A stretch of DNA of 64,000 nucleotides, from contig OZ024743.1 in the NCBI GenBank assembly GCA_964016885.1, positions 133,982,001 to 134,046,000 on the forward strand, in the 5' to 3' direction. Numbering within the stretch: the stretch's first letter is position 1; each line of letters opens with the position of its first letter. Position numbers and translations under genes: made by a program. The notes beneath the pieces were generated by a model that searched no databases, had not been told where the DNA came from, and was given only the letters and a program-made list of their open reading frames with translations. Below, in pieces: positions 1 to 12,400 of this stretch. This DNA comes from Eledone cirrhosa. Taxonomy: Eukaryota.

Positions 1-310
1 TGCTTGGTTCTTGGTGTTTGGTGCTTGGTGTTTGGAGCTTGGTGCTTGGTGTTTGGTGCTTGGTGCTTGGTGTTTGTACTAGGTGCTTGGTGCTTGGTGT
101 TTGGTGCTTGGTTCTTGGTGTTTGGTGCTTGGTGTTTGGAGCTTGGTGCTTGGTGTTTGGTGCTTGGTGCTTGGTGCTTGGTGTTTGGTGCTTGGTGCTT
201 GGTGCTTGGTCTTTGGTGCTTGGTGTTTGGTGTTTGGTGCATGGTGCTTTGTGTTTGGTGCTTGGTGATTAGTGTTTGGTGCTTGGTACTTGGTGTTTGG
301 TGCTTGGTGT

Positions 311-457
311 TTGGTGTTTGCTGTTTGGTGTTTGGTGTTTGGTGTTTGCTGTTTGGTGTCTGCTTTTTGGTGTTTGGTGTTTGCTGTATGGTGTTTGCTG
401 TTTCGTGTTTGGTGTTTGCTGTTTGGTGTTTGGTGTTTGCTGTTTGGTGTTTGGTCT
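311..457 (+). repeat. First copy of a recurring TTGCTGT-rich landmark cassette (core GTGTCTGCTTTTTGGTGTTTGGTGTTTGCTGTATGGTGTTTGCTGTTTCGTG)
   Basis: Core at ~353-408. It recurs exactly or as variants at ~3472, 5030, 7840, 10720, 11555, 14955, 15798, 17762, 21675, 26905, 30560, 31960, 33848, 37378, 39553, 42688, 47420, 50610, 56688, 62263 and elsewhere; about 50 copies by eye. Confidence 0.9.
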
Positions 458-1996
458 TTGGTGCTTGGTGTTTGGTGCTTGGTGCTTGGTGTTTGGTGTT
501 TGGTGCTTGGTGCTTGGTGCTTGGTGTTTGGTGCTTGGTGTCTGGTGCTTCGTGTCTGGTGCTTGGTGTTTGGTGTTTGGTGTTTGGTGCTTGGTGTTTG
601 GTGTTTGGTGTTTGGTGTTTGGTGCTTGTTGCTTGGTGCTTGGTGCTTGGTGTTTGGTGCTTGGTGCTTGGTATTTGGTGCTGGGTGCTTGGTGTTTGGT
701 GCTTGGTGCTTGGTGCTTGGTGTTTGGTGTTTGGTGCTTGGTGCTTGGTGTTTGGTGTTTGGTGTTATATGCTTGGTGTTTGATGCTTGGTGCTTGGTGC
801 TTGGTGTTTGGTGTTTGGTGATTGGTGTTTTATGCTTGGTGTTTGATGTTTGGTGCTTGGTGCTTGGTGTTTGGTGCTTGGTGCTTGGTGTTTGTACTTG
901 GTGCTTGGTGCTTGGTTCTTGGTGTTTGGTGCTTGGTGCTTGGTGCTTGGTGCTTGGTGTTTGGTGCTTGGGGTTTGGTGCTTGGTGTTCGGTGCTTGCT
1001 GCCTGGTGCTTGGTGCTTGGTGCTTGGTGTTTGGTGCTTGGTGTTTGGTGCTTTGTATTAGGTGTTTGGTGCTTGGTGCTTGGTGTTTGGTGTTTGGTGC
1101 TTGGTGTTTGGTGCTTGGTGTTTGGTGTTTGGTGCTTGGTGTTTGGTGCTTGGTACTTGGTGCTTGGTGCTTGGTGTTAGGTGTTTGGCGCTTGGTGCTT
1201 GGTGTTTGGTTTTTGGTGCTTGGTGCTTGGTGTTTGGTGTTTGGTGCTTGCTGCTGGCTGCTTGGTGTTTGGTGCTTTGTGATTGGTGCTTGGTGTTTGG
1301 TGCTTGGTGTTTGGTGTTTGGTACTAGGTGCTTGGTGCTTGGTGTTTGGTGCTTGGTGCTTGGTGTTTGGTGTTTGGTGCTTGGTGCTTGGTGTTTGGTG
1401 CTTGGTGCTGGGTTCTGGGTGGTTGGTGTTTGGTGCTTGGTGTTTGGTGCTGGGTGCTTGGTGTTTGGTGCTTGGTGCTTGGTCTTTGGTGTTTGGTGTT
1501 TGGTGTTTGGGGCTTGGTGCTTGGTGCTTAGTGTTTGGTGCTAGGTGCTTGGGGTTTGGTGTTTGGTGCTTGGTGCTTGGTGTTTGGTGCTTGGTGCTTG
1601 GTGTTTGGTGTTTGGTGCTTGGTGCTTGGTGTTTGGTGTTTGGTGTTTGGTGCTTGGTGCTTGGTGTTTGGTGCTTGGTGCTGGGTGGTTGGTGTTTGGT
1701 GCTTGGTGCTTGGTGTTTCGTGCTAGGTGCATGGTGCTTGGTGTTTGGTGCTTGGTGCTTGGTGCTTGGTCTTTGGTGTTTGGTGTTTAGTGCTTGGTGC
1801 TTGGTGCTTGGTGCTTGGTGCTTGGTCCTTGGTGTTTGGTGCTTGGTGCTTGGTGTTTGGTGTTTGGTGCTTGGTGCTTGGTGCTTCGTGTTTGGTGTTT
1901 GGTGCTTGGTGTCTGGAGCTTGGTGTTTGGTGTTTGGTGCTTGGTGTTTGGTGTTTGGTGCTTGGTGCTTGGTGTTTGGTGCTTGGTGCTTGGTGT

Positions 1997-2204
1997 TTGT
2001 ACTTGGTGCTTGGTGCTTGGTGTTTGGTGCTTGGTTCTTGGTGTTTGGTGCTTGATGTTTGGAGCTTGGTGCTTGGTGTTTGGTGCTTGGTGCTTGGTGT
2101 TTGTACTTGGTGCTTGGTGCTTGGTGTTTGGTGCTTGGTTCTTGGTGTTTGGTGCTTGGTGTTTGGAGCTTGGTGCTTGGTGTTTGGTGCTTGGTGCTTG
2201 GTGT
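1997..2204 (+). repeat. 104-bp sub-repeat doublet (15 units, one being the 6-bp unit TTGTAC)
   Basis: TTGTAC occurs at 1997 and 2101 with the same order of TTGGTTC and TTGGAGC variants. The same doublet spacing is seen at ~6671/6775, 9341/9445, 12655/12759, 16906/17010, 22782/22886 and 34957/35061. Confidence 0.85.
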
Positions 2205-5200
2205 TTGGTGATTGGTGCTTGGTGCTTGGTGTTTGGTGTTTGGTGCTTGGTGTTTGGTGTTTGGTGCTTGGTGCTTGGTGTTTGTTGCTTGGTACTTGGT
2301 GCATGGTGTTTGGTGCTTGGTGCTTGGTGTTTGGTGCTTGGTTCTTGGTGTTTGGTGCTTGGTGTTTGGAGCTTGGTGCTTGGTGTTTGGTGCTTGGTGC
2401 TTGGTGTTTGTACTTGGTGCTTGGTGCTTGGTGTTTGGTGCTTGGTTCTTGGTGTTTGGTGCTTGGTGTTTGGAGCTTGGTGCTTGGTGTTTGGTGCTTG
2501 GTGCTTGGTGTTTGGTGTTTGGTGCTTGGTGCTTGGTGTTTGGTGTTTGGTGCTTGGTGTTTGGTGTTTGGTGCTTGGTGCTTGGTGTTTGTTGCTTGGT
2601 ACTTGGTGCATGGTGTTTGGTGCTGGGTGCTTGGTGTTTTGTGCTTGGTTCTTGGTGTTTGGTGTTTGGTGCTTGGTACTTGGTGTCTGGAGCTTGGTGT
2701 TTGGTGTTTGGTGCTTGGTGTTTGGTGCTTGGTGCTTGGTGTTTGGTGTTTGGTGTTTGATGCTTGGTGTTTTATGCTTGGTGCTTGGTGTTTGGTGCTT
2801 GGTGTTTGTATTTGGTGCTTGGTGCTTGGTGTTTTGTGCTTGGTTCTTGGTGTTTGGTGTTTGGTGCTTGGTACTTGGTGCTTGGTGTTAGGTGTTTGGT
2901 GCTTGGTGCTTGGTGTTTGGTGTTTGGTCCTTGGTGCTTGGTCCTTGGTGTTTAGTGCTTGGTGCTTGGTGTTTGTTGTTTGGTGCTTTCTGTTTGCTGC
3001 TTGGTGTTTTCTGCTTGGTGCTTGGTGCTTGGTGTTTGGTGTTTGGTGCTAGGTGCTTGGTGTTTGGTGTTTGGTGTTTGATGCTTGGTGTTTGGTGCTT
3101 GGTGTTTGGTGCTTGGTGCTTGGGGCTTGGTGTTTGGTGCTTGGTGCTTGGTGCTTGGTGTTTGGTGCTTGGTGCTTGGTGTTTGGTGTTTGGTGTTTGG
3201 TGCTTGGTGCTTGGTGTTTGGTGCTTGGTGCTTGGTGCTGGGTGGTTGGTATTTGGTGCTTGGTGCTTGGTGTTTGGTGCTTGGGGCTTGGTGCTTGGCG
3301 TTTGGTGCTTGGTGCTTGGTGCTTGTCTTTGGTGCTTGGTGTTTGGTGTTTGGTGCTTGGTGCTTTGTGTTTGGTGCTTGGTGATTAGTGTTTGGTGCTT
3401 GGTACTTGGTGTTTGGTGCTTGGTGTTTGGTGTTTGCTGTTTGGTGTTTGCTGTTTGCTGTTTGCTGTTTGCTGTCTGCTTTTTGGTGTTTGGTGTTTGC
3501 TGTATGGTGTTTGCTGTTTCGTGTTTGGTGTTTGCTGTTTGGTGTTTGGTGTTTGCTGTTTGGTGTTTGGTCTTTGGTGCTTGGTGTTTGGTGCTTGGTG
3601 CTTGGTGTTTGGTGTTTGGTGCTTGGTGCTTGGTGCTTGGTGTTTGGTGCTTGGTGCTTGGTGTTTGGTGTTTGGTGTTTGGTGCTTGGTGCTTGGTGTT
3701 TGGTGCTTGGTGCTGGGTGGTTGGTGTTTGGTGCTTGGTGCTTGGTGTTTTGTGCTAGGTGCATGGTGCTTGGTGTTTGGTGCTTGGTGCTTGGTGCTTG
3801 GTCTTTGGTGTTTGGTGTTTAGTGCTTGGTGCTTGGTGCTTGGTGCTTGGTGCTTGGTCCTTGGTGTTTGGTGCTTGGTGCTTGGTGTTTGGTGTTTGGT
3901 GCTTGGTGTTTGGTGTTTGGTGCTTGGTGCTTGGTGTTTGTTGCTTGGTGCTTGGTGTTTGTACTTGGTGCTTGGTGCTTGGTGTTTGGTGCTTGGTTCT
4001 TGGTGTTTGGTGCTTGGTGTTTGGAGCTTGGTGCTTGGTGTTTGGTGCTTGGTGCTTGGTGCTTGGTGTTTGGTGCTTGGTGCTTGGTGTTTGTACTAGG
4101 TGCTTGGTGCTTGGTGTTTGGTGCTTGGTTCTTGGTGTTTGGTGCTTGGTGTTTGGAGCTTGGTGCTTGGTGTTTGGTGCTTGGTGCTTGGTGTTTGTTG
4201 CTTGGTACTTGGTGCATGGTGTTTGGTGCTGGGTGCTTGGTGTTTTGTGCTTGGTTCTTGGTGTTTGGTGTTTGGTGCTTGGTACTTGGTGTCTGGAGCT
4301 TGGTGTTTGGTGTTTGGTGCTTGGTGTTTGGTGCTTGGTGCTTGGTGTTTGGTGTTTGGTGTTTGATGCTTGGTGTTTTATGCTTGGTGCTTGGTGTTTG
4401 GTGCTTGGTGTTTGTATTTGGTGCTTGGTGCTTGGTGTTTTGTGCTTGGTTCTTGGTGTTTGGTGTTTGGTGCTTGGTACTTGGTGCTTGGTGTTAGGTG
4501 TTTGGTGCTTGGTGCTTGGTGTTTGGTGTTTGGTCCTTGGTGCTTGGTCCTTGGTGTTTAGTGCTTGGTGCTTGGTGTTTGTTGTTTGGTGCTTTCTGTT
4601 TGCTGCTTGGTGTTTGCTGCTTGGTGCTTGGTGCTTGGTGTTTGTTGTTTGGTGTTTGATGCTTGGTGTTTGGTGCTTGGTGTTTGGTGCTTGGTGCCTG
4701 GGGCTTGGTGTTTGGTGCTTGGTGCTTGGTGCTTGCTGTTTGGTGCTTGGTGCTTGGTGTTTGGTGTTTGGTGTTTGGTGCTTGGTGCTTGGTGTTTGGT
4801 GCTTGGTGTTTGGTGCTTGGTGCTTGGTGTTTGGTGCTTGGTGCTTGGTGCTTGGTGTTTGGTGCTTGGTGCTTGGTGCTTGGTCTTTGGTGCTTGGTGT
4901 TTGGTGTTTGGTGCATGGTGCTTTGTGTTTGGTGCTTGGTGATTAGTGTTTGGTGCTTGGTACTTGGTGTTTGGTGCTTGGTGTTTGGTGTTTGCTGTTT
5001 GGTGTTTGGTGTTTGGTGTTTGCTGTTTGGTGTCTGCTTTTTGGTGTTTGGTGTTTGCTGTATGGTGTTTGCTGTTTCGTGTTTGGTGTTTGCTGTTTGG
5101 TGTTTGGTGTTTGCTGTTTGGTGTTTGGTCTTTGGTGCTTGGTGTTTGGTGCTTGGTGCTTGGTGTTTGGTGTTTGGTGCTTGGTGCTTGGTGCTTGGTG

Positions 5201-8200
5201 TTTGGTGCTTGGTGTCTGGTGCTTGGTGTCTGGTGCTTGGTGTTTGGTGTTTGGTGTTTGGTGCTTGGTGTTTGGTGTTTGGTGTTTGGTGTTTGGTGCT
5301 TGTTGCTTGGTGCTTGGTGCTTGGTGTTTGGTGCTTGGTGCTTGGTATTTGGTGCTGGGTGCTTGGTGTTTGGTGCTTGGTGCTTGGTGCTTGGTGTTTG
5401 GTGTTTGGTGCTTGGTGCTTGGTGTTTGGTGTTTGGTGTTATATGCTTGGTGTTTGATGCTTGGTGCTTGGTGCTTGGTGTTTGGTGTTTGGTGATTGGT
5501 GTTTTATGCTTGGTGTTTGATGTTTGGTGCTTGGTGCTTGGTGTTTGGTGCTTGGTGCTTGGTGTTTGTACTTGGTGCTTGGTGCTTGGTTCTTGGTGTT
5601 TGGTGCTTGGTGCTTGGTGCTTGGTGCTTGGTGTTTGGTGCTTGGGGTTTGGTGCTTGGTGTTCGGTGCTTGCTGCCTGGTGCTTGGTGCTTGGTGCTTG
5701 GTGTTTGCTGTTTGGTGTTTGGTGCTTGGTATTAGGTGTTTGGTGCTTGGTGCTTGGTGTTTGGTGTTTGGTGCTTGGTGTTTGGTGCTTGGTGTTTGGT
5801 GTTTGGTGCTTGGTGTTTGGTGCTTGGTACTTGGTGCTTGGTGCTTGGTGTTAGGTGTTTGGTGCTTGGTGCTTGGTGTTTGGTTTTTGGTGCTTGGTGC
5901 TTGGTGTTTGGTGTTTGGTGCTTGCTGCTGGCTGCTTGGTGTTTGGTGCTTGGTGATTGGTGCTTGGTGTTTGGTGCTTGGTGTTTGGTGTTTGGTACTA
6001 GGTGCTTGGTGCTTGGTGTTTGGTGCTTGGTGCTTGGTGTTTGGTGTTTGGTGCTTGGTGCTTGGTGTTTGGTGCTTGGTGCTGGGTTCTGGGTGGTTGG
6101 TGTTTGGTGCTTGGTGTTTGGTGCTGGGTGCTTGGTGTTTGGTGCTTGGTGCTTGGTCTTTGGTGTTTGGTGTTTGGTGTTTGGGGCTTGGTGCTTGGTG
6201 CTTAGTGTTTGGTGCTAGGTGCTTGGGGTTTGGTGTTTGGTGCTTGGTGCTTGGTGTTTGGTGCTTGGTGCTTGGTGTTTGGTGTTTGGTGCTTGGTGCT
6301 TGGTGTTTGGTGTTTGGTGTTTGGTGCTTGGTGCTTGGTGTTTGGTGCTTGGTGCTGGGTGGTTGGTGTTTGGTGCTTGGTGCTTGGTGTTTCGTGCTAG
6401 GTGCATGGTGCTTGGTGTTTGGTGCTTGGTGCTTGGTGCTTGGTCTTTGGTGTTTGGAGTTTAGTGCTTGGTGCTTGGTGCTTGGTGCTTGGTGCTTGGT
6501 CCTTGGTGTTTGGTGCTTGGTGCTTGGTGTTTGGTGTTTGGTGCTTGGTGCTTGGTGCTTCGTGTTTGGTGTTTGGTGCTTGGTGTCTGGAGCTTGGTGT
6601 TTGGTGTTTGGTGCTTGGTGTTTGGTGTTTGGTGCTTGGTGCTTGGTGTTTGGTGCTTGGTGCTTGGTGTTTGTACTTGGTGCTTGGTGCTTGGTGTTTG
6701 GTGCTTGGTTCTTGGTGTTTGGTGCTTGATGTTTGGAGCTTGGTGCTTGGTGTTTGGTGCTTGGTGCTTGGTGTTTGTACTTGGTGCTTGGTGCTTGGTG
6801 TTTGGTGCTTGGTTCTTGGTGTTTGGTGCTTGGTGTTTGGAGCTTGGTGCTTGGTGTTTGGTGCTTGGTGCTTGGTGTTTGGTGATTGGTGCTTGGTGCT
6901 TGGTGTTTGGTGTTTGGTGCTTGGTGTTTGGTGTTTGGTGCTTGGTGCTTGGTGTTTGTTGCTTGGTACTTGGTGCATGGTGTTTGGTGCTTGGTGCTTG
7001 GTGTTTTGTGCTTGGTTCTTGGTGTTTGGTGTTTGGTGCTTGGTACTTGGTGTCTGGAGCTTGGTGTTTGGTGTTTGGTGCTTGGTGTTTGGTGCTTGGT
7101 GCTTGGTGTTTGGTGTTTGGTGTTTGATGCTTGGTGTTTTATGCTTGGTGCTTGGTGTTTGGTGCTTGGTGTTTGTATTTGGTGCTTGGTGCTTGGTGTT
7201 TTGTGCTTGGTTCTTGGTGTTTGGTGTTTGGTGCTTGGTACTTGGTGCTTGGTGTTAGGTGTTTGGTGCTTGGTGCTTGGTGTTTGGTGTTTGGTCCTTG
7301 GTGCTTGGTCCTTGGTGTTTAGTGCTTGGTGCTTGGTGTTTGTTGTTTGGTGCTTTCTGTTTGCTGCTTGGTGTTTGCTGCTTGGTGCTTGGTGCTTGGT
7401 GTTTGGTGTTTGGTGCCAGGTGCTTGGTGTTTGGTGTTTGGTGTTTGATGCTTGGTGTTTGGTGCTTGGTGTTTGGTGCTTGGTGCCTGGGGCTTGGTGT
7501 TTGGTGCTTGGTGCTTGGTGCTTGGTGTTTGGTGCTTGGTGCTTGGTGTTTGGTGTTTGGTGTTTGGTGCTTGGTGCTTGGTGTTTGGTGCTTGGTGCTT
7601 GGTGCTGGGTGGTTGGTATTTGGTGCTTGGTGCTTGGTGTTTGGTGCTTGGTGCTTGGTGCTTGGTGTTTGGTGCTTGGTGCTTGGTGCTTGGTCTTTGG
7701 TGCTTGGTGTTTGGTGTTTGGTGCTTGGTGCTTTGTGTTTGGTGCTTGGTGATTAGTGTTTGGTGCTTGGTACTTGGTGTTTGGTGCTTGGTGTTTGGTG
7801 TTTGCTGTTTGGTGTTTGGTGTTTGGTGTTTGCTGTTTGGTGTCTGCTTTTTGGTGTTTGGTGTTTGCTGTATGGTGTTTGCTGTTTCGTGTTTGGTGTT
7901 TGCTGTTTGGTGTTTGGTGTTTGCTGTTTGGTGTTTGGTCTTTGGTGCTTGGTGTTTGGTGCTTGGTGCTTGGTGTTTGGTGTTTGGTGCTTGGTGCTTG
8001 GTGCTTGGTGTTTGGTGCTTGGTGTCTGGTGCTTGGTGTCTGGTGCTTGGTGTTTGGTGTTTGGTGTTTGGTGCTTGGTGTTTGGTGTTTGGTGTTTGGT
8101 GTTTGGTGCTTGTTGCTTGGTGCTTGGTGCTTGGTGTTTGGTGCTTGGTGCTTGGTGTTTGGTGCTGGGTGCTTGGTGTTTGGTGCTTGGTGCTTGGTGC

Positions 8201-9444
8201 TTGGTGTTTGGTGTTTGGTGCTTGGTGCTTGGTGTTTGGTGTTTGGTGTTATATGCTTGGTGTTTGATGCTTGGTGCTTGGTGCTTGGTGTTTGGTGTTT
8301 GGTGATTGGTGTTTTATGCTTGGTGTTTGATGTTTGGTGCTTGGTGCTTGGTGTTTGGTGCTTGGTGCTTGGTGTTTGTACTTGGTGCTTGGTGCTTGGT
8401 TCTTGGTGTTTGGTGCTTGGTGCTTGGTGCTTGGTGCTTGGTGTTTGGTGCTTGGGGTTTGGTGCTTGGTGTTCGGTGCTTGCTGCCTGGTGCTTGGTGC
8501 TTGGTGCTTGGTGTTTGGTGCTTGGTGTTTGGTGCTTGGTATTAGGGGTTTGGTGCTTGGTGCTTGGTGTTTGGTGTTTGGTGCTTGGTGTTTGGTGCTT
8601 GGTGTTTGGTGTTTGGTGCTTGGTGTTTGGTGCTTGGTACTTGGTGCTTGGTGCTTGGTGTTAGGTGTTTGGTGCTTGGTGCTTGGTGTTTGGTTTTTGG
8701 TGCTTGGTGCTTGGTGTTTGGTGTTTGGTGCTTGCTGCTGGCTGCTTGGTGTTTGGTGCTTGGTGATTGGTGCTTGGTGTTTGGTGCTTGGTGTTTGGTG
8801 TTTGGTACTAGGTGCTTGGTGCTTGGTGTTTGGTGCTTGGTGCTTGGTGTTTGGTGTTTGGTGCTTGGTGCTTGGTGTTTGGTGTTTCCTGTTTGCTGTT
8901 TGGTGTTTGGTGTTTGGTGTTTGCTGTTTGGTGTCTGCTTTTTGGGGTTTGGTGTTTGCTGTATGTTATTTGCTGTTTGGTGTTTGGTGTTTGGTGTTTG
9001 GTGCTTGGTGCTTGGTGTTTGGTGCTTGGTGCTTGGTGTTTGGTGCCTGGTGCTTGGGGCTTGGTGTTTGGTGTTTGGTGCTTGGTGCTTGGAGTTTGGT
9101 GTTTGGTGCTTGGTGCTTGGTGTTTGGTGTTTAGTGCTTGGTGCTTGGTGCCTGGTGCTTGGTGCTTGGTCCTTGGTGTTTGGTGCTTGGTGCTTGGTGT
9201 TTGGTGTTTGGTGCTTGGTGCTTGGTGCTTCGTGTTTGGTGTTTGGTGCTTGGTGTCTGGAGCTTGGTGTTTGGTGTTTGGTGCTTGGTGCTTGGTGTTT
9301 GGTGCTTGGTGCTTGGTGTTTGGTGCTTGGTGCTTGGTGTTTGTACTTGGTGTTTGGTTCTTGGTGTTTGGTGCTTGGTTCTTGGTGTTTGGTGCTTGGT
9401 GTTTGGAGCTTGGTGCTTGGTGTTTGGTGCTTGGTGCTTGGTGT

Positions 9445-12400
9445 TTGTACTTGGTGCTTGGTGCTTGGTGTTTGGTGCTTGGTTCTTGGTGTTTGGTGCT
9501 TGGTGTTTGGAGCTTGGTGCTTGGTGCTTGGTGCTTGGTGTTTGGTGTTTGGTGTTTGGTGCTTGGTGCTTGGTGTTTGGTGCTTGGTGCTTGGTGCTGG
9601 GTGGTTGGTGTTTGGTGCTTGGTGCTTGGTGTTTGGTGCTTGGTGCATGGTGCTTGGTGTTTGGTGCTTGGTGCTTGGTGCTTGGTCTTTGGTGTTTGGT
9701 GTTTAGTGCTTGGTGCTTGGTGCTTGGTGCTTGGTGCATTGTGATTAGTGTTTGGTGCTTGGTCCTTGGGGTTTGGTGTTTGGTGCTTGGTGCTTGGTGT
9801 TTGGTGCTGGGTACTTGGTGTTTGGTGCTTGGTGTTTGCTGTTTGCTGTTTGGTGTTTTTGGTGTTTGCTGTTTGCTGTTTGGTGTTTGCTCTATGGTGT
9901 TTGCTGTTTCATGTTTGGTGTTTGCTGTTTGGTGTTTGGTGTTTGCTGTTTGGTGTTTGGTCTTTGGTGCATGGTGTTTGGTGTTTGGTGCTTGGTGCTT
10001 GGTGCTTGGTGTTTGGTGTTTGGTGTTTGGTGCTTGGTGCCTGGTGCTTGTAGTTTGGTGATTGGTGCTTGGTGTTTGCTGTTTGGTGTTTGGTGTTTGG
10101 TGTTTGCTGTTTGGTGTTTGGTGCTTGGTGCTTGGTGCTTGGTGTTTGGTGCTTGGTGCTTGGTGTTTGGTGTTTGGTGCTTGGTGCATGGTGCTTGGTG
10201 TTTGGTGCTTGGTGCTTGGTGCTTGGTGTATGGTGCTTGGTGCTTGGTGTTTGGTGCTAGGTGCGTGGTGCTTGGTGCTTGGTGTTTGGTGCTTGGTGTT
10301 TGGTGCTTGGCACTTGGGGCTTGGTGTTTGGTGCTTGGTGCTTGGTGCTTGGTGTTTGGTGCTTGGTGCTTGGTGTTTGGTGTTTGGTGCTTGGTGTTTG
10401 GTGCTTGGTGCTTGGTGCTGGGTGATTGGTGTTTGGTGCTTGGTGCTTGGTGTTTGGTGTTTGGTGCTTGGTGCTTGGTGCTTGGTGTTTGGTGCTTGGT
10501 GCTTGGTGCTTGGTCTTTGGTGCTTGGTGTTTGGTGTTTGGTGCTTGGTGCTTGGTGTTTGGTGCTTGGTGCTTGGTGATTAGTGTTTGGTGCTTGCTGC
10601 TTGGGGCTTGGTGTTTGGTGCTTGGTGCTTGGTGTTTGATGCTTGGTGCTTGGTGTTTGGTGCTTGGTGTTTGATTTTTGCTGTTTGGTGTTTGGTGTTT
10701 GGTGTTTGCTGTTTGCTGTTTGCTTTTTGGTGTTTGGTGTTTGCTGTATGGTGTTTGCTGTTTCGTGTTTATTGTTTGCTGTTTGGTGTTTGGTGTTTGG
10801 TGTTTGCTGTTTCCTGTTTGGTCTTTAGTCTTTGGTGCTTGGTGTTTGGTGCTTGGTGCTTGGTGTTTGGTATTTGGTGCTTGGTGTTTGGTGCTTGGTG
10901 CTTGGTGTTTGGTATTTGGGGCTTGGTGATTGGTGCTTGGTGCTTGGTGTTTGGTGTTTGGTGCTTGGGGCTTGGTGTTTGGTGCTGCGTGCTTGGTGAT
11001 TGGTGCTTGGTGCTTGGTGTTTTGTGTTTGGTGTTTGATGCTTGGTGTTTGGTGTTTGGTGCTTGGTGCTTGGTGTTTGGTGTTTGATGCTTGGTGCTTG
11101 ATGCTTGGTGCTTGGTGCTTGGTGTTTGGTGCTTGGTGCTTGGTGTTTGTACTTGTTGCTTGGTGCTTGGTGTTTGGTGCTTGGTTTTTGGTGCTTGGTG
11201 TTTGGTGTTTGCTGTTTGCTGTTTGGTGCTTGGTGTTTGCTGTTTGGTGTTTGTTGTTTGGTGTTGCTGTTTGGTGTTTGCTGTTTGGTGTTTGGTGCTT
11301 GCTGTTTGGTGCTTGGTGTTTGGTGCTTGGTGCTTAGTGTTTGGTGTTTGGTGTTTGGTGCTTGGTGCTTGGGGCTTGGTGTTTGGTGCTTGGTGCTTGG
11401 TGCTTGGTGCTTGGTGCATGGTGCTTGGTGCTTGGTGTTTGTCGCTTGGTGCTTGGTGCTTGGTGTTTGGTGCTTGGTGTTTGGTGTTTGGTGCTTGGTG
11501 TTTGGTGTTTGGTGTTTGGTGTTTGGTGTTTGGTGTTTGCTGTTTGCTGTTTGGTGTCTGCTTTTTGGTGTTTGGTGTTTTCTGTATGGTGTTTGCTGTT
11601 TCGTGTTTGGTGTTTGCTGTTTGGTGTTTGCGGTTTGCTGTTTGGTGTTTGGTGCTTGGTGCTTGGTGCTTGGTGTTTGGTGTTTGGAGCTTGGTGTTTG
11701 GTGTTTGGTTCTTGGTGCTTGGATTTTGGTGCTTGGTGCCTGGTGCTTGGTGTTTGGTGATTGATGCTTGGTGCTTGATGCTTGGTGCTTGGTGTTTGGT
11801 GCTTGGTGCTTGGTGTTTGTACTTGTTACTTGGTGCTTGGTGTCTGGTGTTTGGTGCTTGGTGTCTGGTGTTTTGTGCTTGGTGTTTGGTGTTTGGTGCT
11901 TGGTGCTTGGTGTTTGTACTTGGTGCTTGGTGCTTGGTGTTTGGTGCTTGTTTCTTGGTGTTTGGTGCTTGGTGTTTGGTGCTTGGTGCTTGGTGTTTGG
12001 TGCTTGGTGCTTGGTGCTTGGTGCTTGGTGTTAGGTGTTTGGTGCTTGGTGCTTGGTGTTTGGTGTTTGGTTCTTGGTGCTTGGTATTTGGTGCTTGGTG
12101 CTTGCTGCTTGGTGTTTGGTGCTTGGTGATTGATGCTTGGTGTTTGGTGCTTGGTGCTTGGTGTTTGGTTTTTGGTGCTAGGTGCTTGGTGCTTGGTGTT
12201 TGGTGCTTGGTGTTTGGTGTTTGGTGCATGGTGCTTGGTGTTTGGTACTTGGTGCTTGGTGCTTGGTGTTTGGTGCTTGGTGCTTGGTGTTTGGTGTTTG
12301 GTGTTTGGTGCTTGGTGCTTGGTGTTTGGTGCTGGGTGCTTGGTGCTGGGTGGTTGGTGTTTGGTGCTTGGTGCTTGGTGTTTGGTGCTAGGTGCATGGT

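Larger units (their letters stand above)
143..8880 (+). repeat. Higher-order block family with a ~2.8-3.1 kb unit (landmark-anchored starts at 272, 3388, 4946, 7756)
   Basis: ORFs 272..1180, 4946..5854 and 7756..8664 match (offsets 4674 and 2810). ORFs 850..2055 and 5524..6729 match. ORFs 2764..2955, 4370..4561 and 7131..7322 match. Shared markers include TTATATGC, GTTCGGTGCTTGCTGCCTGG and GGTACTAGG. Confidence 0.88.

Noticed and set aside
765-772. TTATATGC as a TATA-like promoter element
   Set aside because: It is explained by adjacent point variants within the 7-bp register, and there is no downstream gene or other support.
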